DNA of 64,000 nucleotides from a virus (Duplodnaviria; Heunggongvirae; Uroviricota; Caudoviricetes): IMG/VR virus record IMGVR_UViG_2718218304_000001, positions 50,160 to 114,159 of that record; one strand, 5' to 3'. Shown piece by piece: positions 57,791 to 64,000 of this stretch (position 1 is its first letter; each line of letters starts with the position of its first letter). The notes under the pieces were generated by a model. It saw only the letters and a program-made list of their open reading frames with translations, ran no database searches and was not told where the DNA came from. The position numbers and the translations under genes were made by a program.

Positions 57791-58510
57791 TTAGACCATC
57801 CCTTTCTGGTGTTTTCTTACCTGCGACCAGGCAATGAATCCTGCCACAACAATAGTGGCAATACCGAAGATGATGCGTACTGTATCCCCGCTAGAGATAT
57901 GACCTTGTGCTTTATCCATAGCAGCGGAAACCTGCGGCATAACATCGGCCAGCTGCGCCAGACCAATACCTGCTGTAACAGTTGCGCCTGCGGTTTCTTT
58001 AGTTACAGGGACAGCCTTCACGGTTTTCACCGGCTTAACAACGCCAGCTCGACGCAGACCTTCCTCAATAACTTCTGCCGCATACCAGGTGTTCAGCGTT
58101 TTTAGCGGGCCTCGGCCATTCTCGTGGCGAATGATTGCCTCAACCAAAGGTCGAAGGATGTCGTAATCATGCAGATCGATGATCATGTCTGCGGTTACAC
58201 CAACGGCTTTAGACACCTCATTAATGTAGGCGTCAGTATTGTTTTCATTCGGCGGTGCCCAGCGTTCAATAACTTCACGAATGGTATCGATACTTGTGCC
58301 GTCTTTTGCGCGACGTTTATCGTGGTAGGTAATTAGAGTCACCGCCAGCGCACGAATCCCCCAAACAGGGTCTTTAAACGTGCAAAAGCGCGGTTCGGCA
58401 GGGTTGTCGATTAGCCCCTGCCACGGCGAACCTTTGTCGAGGTTGCCAGGGTTGTTATTACGAATGCCTCTCGGAGTTTTCATCCTTGATCTCCTGTTAT
58501 TGCAGTCCAT
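57791..58510 (-). CDS. lysis-cassette protein, putative cell-wall hydrolase with C-terminal membrane anchor
   Basis: 239 aa; conserved-looking GIRNNNPGNL motif; C-terminal TM helix; directly upstream of the spanin pair. Enzymatic class not assigned. Confidence 0.4.
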   Translation of the reverse strand: MDCNNRRSRMKTPRGIRNNNPGNLDKGSPWQGLIDNPAEPRFCTFKDPVWGIRALAVTLITYHDKRRAKDGTSIDTIREVIERWAPPNENNTDAYINEVSKAVGVTADMIIDLHDYDILRPLVEAIIRHENGRGPLKTLNTWYAAEVIEEGLRRAGVVKPVKTVKAVPVTKETAGATVTAGIGLAQLADVMPQVSAAMDKAQGHISSGDTVRIIFGIATIVVAGFIAWSQVRKHQKGMV

Positions 58511-58832
58511 TCTTCACGCCATAAGCGGCCAGACCCAGCAGCAGCGCGGTAATCAGGAACGACGTTATCTTTGAGATAATGCCGCCAAAGAACCCGCTGG
58601 AGATGGCGTCTAGCCGATTAAGTAGTTTGTCCAGGTTGGAGTGCTGAATGCTGTGTTGCGAAGGCGTCATATCGCCAAAGTAGGCTTTGAGCTGGTCGTT
58701 GACCTCCTGGCCAATTTCCTCACGCAACTCCTTACCTAATTTGCCGACAACTTCACGCGCAACGATAGCGGCAATGCGCTCTACCTGCTCTGGCGTTACG
58801 CCTGCCATCTCGTTCGACATTATTTCCTCCAT
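58497..58832 (-). CDS. membrane protein, holin candidate
   Basis: 111 aa with C-terminal hydrophobic helix (ITSFLITALLLGLAAYGV); first gene of the lysis cluster. Confidence 0.35.
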   Translation of the reverse strand: MEEIMSNEMAGVTPEQVERIAAIVAREVVGKLGKELREEIGQEVNDQLKAYFGDMTPSQHSIQHSNLDKLLNRLDAISSGFFGGIISKITSFLITALLLGLAAYGVKNGLQ

Positions 58833-58894
58833 GAATCGTCAAATCGGGATGGCGGTTTTATATCATAAAACGCCCACACTTGGTAGGTAAGTAC

Positions 58895-59677
58895 TTACAC
58901 ATGAGCGCCGTAAATTGCCCCAACTTTAGTCCAAGTTGGAGCATTACCAGTAACAGCTTTACCAGCTGCTCCGCCGTTATATTCTGTACCGTTACCTTGA
59001 GTATTACATCTTCCTCCAGCAGCACCGACATTACCACCCGAACCGCCTGTATATGCACTAAGAGACCCCTCACCAACAGATCCTTTACCAGGAGCGGAAA
59101 TAGTACCAGCAGTTGCACCGGAACTCATATGAGAGGAAGACCCACCAGCACCGAATGGGCAACCACCGCCACCACCAAATATTAGTTTACCCCTGTTACC
59201 GCCGCCACCGCCGCCACCACCTCCAGCGATTGCACCATTATTCGTAATACGCAAGCGTGTACCGATGCCATTATTAATTGCGTTACCACCAGCAGCACCG
59301 GCAGCGTTACTACCACCATTGCCACCGCGTCCATAGACAGTCACACCTGCGTTGATTACAAGGCTGATATAAGAGTTGGTAAGTGAACTCGGGAAATCTA
59401 AACATGGCACGCCGCTACTGGACGACACCAGATCCCCTGTAATGGTAACAACGACTGGCGTCGCCCCCTGGGATTTTAAATAGTTGATCAGTGTGTCTTT
59501 GTTGTAGTTATGATTCGCACCGATGCTGTACTGAACTTCTTTAGATCGCCCGGCCATTTGAGACATTGAACCAGCCGCTGGCAGTTGCACCGCCGTTCGA
59601 GCCGCACTCATCCATCTCTGGCCTGTCACACTGACAGCCGAAGACCCAATCCAACCGGGAACACCGACAATTGGCAC
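58895..59677 (-). CDS. glycine-rich tail fibre protein (distal fibre / receptor-binding partner)
   Basis: Track ORF 58895..59737; GTG at 59677 follows AAGGAG; long Gly-rich repeats (GGGGGGGGGN..., GGSGGNVGAAGG) typical of phage fibre tips. Confidence 0.55.
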   Translation of the reverse strand: MPIVGVPGWIGSSAVSVTGQRWMSAARTAVQLPAAGSMSQMAGRSKEVQYSIGANHNYNKDTLINYLKSQGATPVVVTITGDLVSSSSGVPCLDFPSSLTNSYISLVINAGVTVYGRGGNGGSNAAGAAGGNAINNGIGTRLRITNNGAIAGGGGGGGGGNRGKLIFGGGGGCPFGAGGSSSHMSSGATAGTISAPGKGSVGEGSLSAYTGGSGGNVGAAGGRCNTQGNGTEYNGGAAGKAVTGNAPTWTKVGAIYGAHV

Positions 59678-59742
59678 ATCTAATCTCCTTTTTGATGTGA
59701 ATATCCTGAATGGTGAGGGTGGCCCCTCACCATTCACCTTGA

Positions 59743-62700
59743 TTACATTTTTGCCTTCAGTTCGCGCACTTCCTCGCGCAGCTCTTTGACAGCCTCGACC
59801 AACATGCCGATAACGCCGTTGTAGTTAAGACGCAGACGAGGCTCTCCTGACTGATCGTTATGGTCAACCGTTACCAGTTCAGGCTGAACATTCTGGACGT
59901 CCTGAGCGATGAGGCCGCCAGACTGCTCATAACGGCCACAGACCTGAATCTCGTAGAGAACACCTTCGATCTGCTCCAGCTTGTCGAGCGCCCGCTCAAT
60001 TTTGCGAATATTGCGCTTACTACGGCGGTCGGAACGGATGTAAACGTCATTAAAACTACCGTTGCCTGCGCAAACCCAAGTGCCGTCGTTCTGGAGATAA
60101 GCGGCAGCGTCAGTGCCGTTTGCGGTACGTGAGTTGTTGATCATGTAAAAACCAAACTGACTGTTTCCCAAGCCACCCAAGAAGAATTTGCGATCCGCGT
60201 GGTCTTGTCTCAACAACGCTTGTGCAGAGTTTGTACTTACAGCGTTCCCCCCGAAGATGACGTTCTGGTTACGCATATCTATCCACGCGCCAGAGCCGCT
60301 GTTGATGGAAAAACGGTTGGCGTAAACCCACGCACTTGACGCGATGTCACCCGTTACACTCAACGGCTTAAGGCTTTGCAGCGTGCTATTAACGAACCTA
60401 AAAACATGGGCGCTATTGGCGTAAACATCCAGAATGCCATCTCCGTTCTGTTTAAAGCCGGTGTCATTGTCACCCAGAACAATGGAATTACCGCCAAGAC
60501 CATTGACCACACCCAGCCCAAGACCACCGTCAACAACAGCACCATTGCCCATTGCTACTCTGCCATTAGTGAGATTTACATAAAATGGACGAAGCGAACC
60601 TATATCACCATTTTCTCCCTGGTCTTTTGCTGTCGGGATAAGGTAAAAATTATTTTCGGAACGGCGAAAAATCATCCCGTATGCCGCATCGTAAATGCGT
60701 AACCCATCCGTAGAGCGGATCTTAAGCTGTCCGGACATCGTACCGCCGCTGTTTTTCATAAATAGCGCATCAATCCAGCCTGCAAATCCCGACTTATTAA
60801 TGTATAAATTTCCATCATTTGCCAGAATGCCTCCACCTTGCGTCTTGAGGGGCTGACTCACATTTTGCAGCGTCAGCACACCAGTCATTGTTCCGCCAGA
60901 AATCGGTAACGCACCGACATCAGCCGCAGTTGGTTTGAGAGTCGTGTTGTAATCTCTGCGCCAGGCAGGGGCATACGCGCTACCGTGATTAATATAGGTG
61001 AACTGAGCACAGGCAATCCCACCACCGGTCGTCGTTGTAGGCGTAGTAACTCGGATGGTCATTGCGCCTTCGGTACCTAAAACCTCGATAACCGCACCAG
61101 CAAGACAGATATTGCCGACACCTGTATCAGTGATAATTTTATTGTCGGCATATGACCAGGAACCCTTCATCATCCAGTACGGCACTTCGAAAGCGCCACG
61201 CTCCTTCAGCCATGCGATAAATTCAGCGGTAGTCCAGTTGCCAGCCCCAGTACTGTATGACGCGCTAAACGTCTGTGCAGCCCCAACATCTTTCGCTGTG
61301 GGTTTATGAGCAGTGGTATAGACCTGCGCCCAACCAGACCAATTCGCTGTCGAAGTATCACGGCGTGAACGAACATAAACCGGTGCATGAGCACCATCCG
61401 TTCCGCTCCAGCCAACAAGCATCTCGCCCTCACCAGAAGCACTCGCACCTTTCATGTGCAATACGTTGCCATACATGGTCGGGTAGCTATTGTTGTACGC
61501 CTCATACATTTGAATGCCAGCAGTGCCTTGAGTAGAGCCGCTTAACGCCGTAACTCGGCCACGAGATACCAGTGTATTAATGTTGATATCGCCTGAGCCA
61601 TCAAACTTAACACCATTGATGTTTCTCGCTGTTTGCAACTTCGTAGCAGTAGCCGCGTTGCCCGTTGTATTCTGATTACCTGCCGTGTTTACACCAGGCA
61701 AATTTATGTTCGCAGATCCATCGAAGGCCACGCCGCCGATAGTTCTTGCCGTCTGAAGTTTTGTAGCAGTTGCAGCATTACCAGTGGTGTTCTGATTACC
61801 CGTAGTATTTACACCTGGAAGGTTGATATTTGCAGAACCGTCGAAACCAACTCCACCGATAGATCTTGCCGTCTGCAATTTCGTTGCTGTACTTGCATTA
61901 CCATTTAATGAACCAGTTAATCCACCTGTAACAGACAACGGACCTGAAACTGTTCCTCCGGTTGTTGGCAGTGCTCCAATATCTAACGGCGTCGGTTTCT
62001 GATGTGTGCTATACATCGTATAAACAACACCATCGGTAACGCTGGAAGGCTTACTCGCTGAATATGTTGGCGAGGTATAAATAGAAACTGTCGCATTTGC
62101 AGTACAATCCCAATGGATATTTACACTCGTCGCATAATTGCCAATTTCAACGTAAATATCATATGTATCGCCGGATGTGTTGATCCAGGCGAAATTCGTT
62201 AATCCGACAGCTGTACGCTTCCACAAAGCACCTGTAATCCCTTTGGGGTTTCCATTGCCTGCTCGTAGAACCAGTTCTGAAATACCTGCCTGATGTGGGG
62301 AGCCAACGTTAAACCCTGCGCCACCAATCAGGCTTATGTAAACCACGGAACTCTCTTGTGGCATTGTAACAGTAGCCAGTTTGAACCACCCGGCACCACC
62401 ACTAAAAGACATTGTTATTGAATTTAAAGTACCAATATCTTTCGGCGTTAATGTGATATCCGCAGTCAGTGCTTTCCCGTTAATTTTTCGGTTAGATGGC
62501 ACCCTGCTGTTCGCATTGTCATTGACTACTTTAACTGCTTTTGGCGTTGCGGCCAGCGATTCACTGGTGCTGTCGACAGCACTGCTAAGTTTCACAACAC
62601 CTTTAGTTGTAAGGCTTGCGTCTTCCATCGCAACTGCACCGGCAATCTCTTCAGCACGATCAGCAGCAGCTTCCGCACGGGTCGCAGCGGATTCAGCAGC

Positions 62701-63990
62701 AGTTTTGCTCTGAGATGCTGCCGTCGCACTGCCTGCCGCCTCTGTTGCTTTCGTGGATGCCGTCGTGGCACTGCCCTTCGCTGCTGACGCCTGTCTGGTC
62801 GCCTCATCTTTTGAAGCAGACGCAGATGATGCCGATGACGCCGCCGAACTGGCGGACGATGCGGCAGCCGTTTTTGAGGATTCTGCGCTGGTTTCCGACG
62901 CTTTCGCGTTCGTTTCGGATGTCTTCGCTGCGGAAGCAGACCTCGCTGCTGCGCTGGCCTGTTCAGTGGCTTCGCCAGCCTTCGTTGTGGCTGTTGAAGC
63001 AGACGATGCGGCACTTTCTGCCGATTTTCCGGCGGCGGTGGCACTGGCTGAGGCCTGCCCGGCACTTGTTGACGCGGCACTGGCAGACGACGCAGCCGCT
63101 GTTTTTGAGCCTGCCGCAGCTGAGGCGCTCTGTCCCGCTGCCGTCTCAGAAGACCTGGCGTTCGTCTCGGACGTTTTTGCCGCCTTCGCGGAATTTCCTG
63201 CCGCCGTTGCCGAGGAAGCTGCGCTACTGGCGCTCAAGGATGCGTTCGTTTCTGATGATTTCGCTGCCTCTTTTGAGGCCGCCGCATCCCGGGCTGAGGT
63301 GGCAGCTTCTGACGCTTTCGTGGTCGCGGTGGATGCAGAAGTGGCTGCTGATTGTTGTGACGCTGCAGCATTCGTTTCAGATTTTTTCGCAGCAGTTGCA
63401 CTCGCACTTGCGGCACTTTGTGAGGATGCCGCAGCGGATGCACTTTGAGACGCTTGAGAGGCTTTTTCTCCAGCGGTATTGGCGCTTTCTGCTGCTGCGG
63501 CAGCACTGGCCGCCGCCTCACGAGCTTTGTCACCAGCGGCATCAATCGCGTCAGTGTTATTTTTATACCACTCAACGTTTTCGTTGTGCTCGTTGACGAT
63601 CTGCATCAGCGGCTTAACGGCCACTTCTGTACCGTCTTCACGCTCGATTGTCACCTCATCCAGCGCAGTCAACCAACTGCGCATGGACTTGGAATCAGCC
63701 GACATGCGCGACATTAGCGCAGTAAAGCGCGCGCTAAACTGTGTTAAGTCGCCTTCATAGGTCGTAATGATTCGGCACGGAACTTCAGACTGAGTTTCGC
63801 CGGTATAAGGTTCTGAGAGAACAATGTTCGTATCACTGGTTACGCGCTTGATCTCATACAGCTTATTGTCGGGGCCAATGACGATCATCCCCGGCAACAC
63901 ACCATTAGCTGTTACGTTCCAGGCTGTCCCTGCCCCAACCAGAGTATTGCTACCCTGTGTAAATGTGATAGTACCTTCCCTGTACCACAT
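59743..63990 (-). CDS. large tail fibre protein with C-terminal intramolecular chaperone (peptidase S74) domain
   Basis: 1415 aa; ~250-aa Ala/Ser/Thr-rich low-complexity tract; repeated GNQNTTGNAATATKLQTAR units; C-terminal ...SDRRSKRNIRKIERALDKLEQIEGVLY resembles the endosialidase chaperone domain. Confidence 0.75.
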   Translation of the reverse strand: MWYREGTITFTQGSNTLVGAGTAWNVTANGVLPGMIVIGPDNKLYEIKRVTSDTNIVLSEPYTGETQSEVPCRIITTYEGDLTQFSARFTALMSRMSADSKSMRSWLTALDEVTIEREDGTEVAVKPLMQIVNEHNENVEWYKNNTDAIDAAGDKAREAAASAAAAAESANTAGEKASQASQSASAAASSQSAASASATAAKKSETNAAASQQSAATSASTATTKASEAATSARDAAASKEAAKSSETNASLSASSAASSATAAGNSAKAAKTSETNARSSETAAGQSASAAAGSKTAAASSASAASTSAGQASASATAAGKSAESAASSASTATTKAGEATEQASAAARSASAAKTSETNAKASETSAESSKTAAASSASSAASSASSASASKDEATRQASAAKGSATTASTKATEAAGSATAASQSKTAAESAATRAEAAADRAEEIAGAVAMEDASLTTKGVVKLSSAVDSTSESLAATPKAVKVVNDNANSRVPSNRKINGKALTADITLTPKDIGTLNSITMSFSGGAGWFKLATVTMPQESSVVYISLIGGAGFNVGSPHQAGISELVLRAGNGNPKGITGALWKRTAVGLTNFAWINTSGDTYDIYVEIGNYATSVNIHWDCTANATVSIYTSPTYSASKPSSVTDGVVYTMYSTHQKPTPLDIGALPTTGGTVSGPLSVTGGLTGSLNGNASTATKLQTARSIGGVGFDGSANINLPGVNTTGNQNTTGNAATATKLQTARTIGGVAFDGSANINLPGVNTAGNQNTTGNAATATKLQTARNINGVKFDGSGDININTLVSRGRVTALSGSTQGTAGIQMYEAYNNSYPTMYGNVLHMKGASASGEGEMLVGWSGTDGAHAPVYVRSRRDTSTANWSGWAQVYTTAHKPTAKDVGAAQTFSASYSTGAGNWTTAEFIAWLKERGAFEVPYWMMKGSWSYADNKIITDTGVGNICLAGAVIEVLGTEGAMTIRVTTPTTTTGGGIACAQFTYINHGSAYAPAWRRDYNTTLKPTAADVGALPISGGTMTGVLTLQNVSQPLKTQGGGILANDGNLYINKSGFAGWIDALFMKNSGGTMSGQLKIRSTDGLRIYDAAYGMIFRRSENNFYLIPTAKDQGENGDIGSLRPFYVNLTNGRVAMGNGAVVDGGLGLGVVNGLGGNSIVLGDNDTGFKQNGDGILDVYANSAHVFRFVNSTLQSLKPLSVTGDIASSAWVYANRFSINSGSGAWIDMRNQNVIFGGNAVSTNSAQALLRQDHADRKFFLGGLGNSQFGFYMINNSRTANGTDAAAYLQNDGTWVCAGNGSFNDVYIRSDRRSKRNIRKIERALDKLEQIEGVLYEIQVCGRYEQSGGLIAQDVQNVQPELVTVDHNDQSGEPRLRLNYNGVIGMLVEAVKELREEVRELKAKM

Positions 63991-64000
63991 GTTGAATATG

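Noticed and set aside
62381-63760. Plus-strand ORFs 62381..62713, 62616..63596, 62753..63448, 63445..63717, 63479..63760 and minus-strand alternative-frame ORFs 62592..63080, 63234..63575
   Set aside because: All lie inside the Ala/Ser-rich low-complexity tract of the tail-fibre gene; their translations are Pro/Arg/Gln- or Ala/Asp-rich artefacts of GC-rich repetitive codons

Overview
The window reads as the DNA-metabolism/replication half plus the lysis and tail-fibre end of a large tailed-phage genome that also carries plasmid-maintenance modules, i.e. a phage-plasmid. Phage-type genes include RNase HI, a Dam-like methyltransferase, DHFR, thymidylate synthase, class Ia RNR NrdA/NrdB, SbcCD-like nuclease, a UvsX/RecA-like recombinase, FEN, a gp32-like SSB, DnaE-type polymerase, an AAA+/vWA pair, ATP-dependent ligase, primase, DnaB-like helicase, four tRNAs, spanins and tail fibres. 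Plasmid-type modules are a RepA gene flanked by two iteron arrays, a ParA-type partition locus, phd/doc and an RHH-GNAT toxin-antitoxin pair. From memory this gene set resembles SSU5/pHCM2-like enterobacterial phage-plasmids; that needs a database check. Almost all backbone genes are on the minus strand, while plus-strand genes are mostly accessory modules. I could not single out one clearly novel system with confidence. The best candidates for something undescribed are: (1) a complete AT-rich chaperone-usher fimbrial operon next to nested IS3-family/IS2 remnants; (2) an intein with a LAGLIDADG endonuclease splitting the P-loop of the recombinase; (3) a family of long perfect hairpins sharing CACAACG termini in the tRNA region; (4) two families of dispersed palindromic intergenic motifs and a duplicated ~60-bp palindromic element; (5) a strongly promoted two-gene module (small Cys-rich protein plus HTH protein). 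Coordinates of ORFs follow the supplied track; hand-derived coordinates (tRNAs, motifs, terminators, IS boundaries) may be off by 1-3 bp, because my base counting disagreed with the track by 1 nt at two loci.
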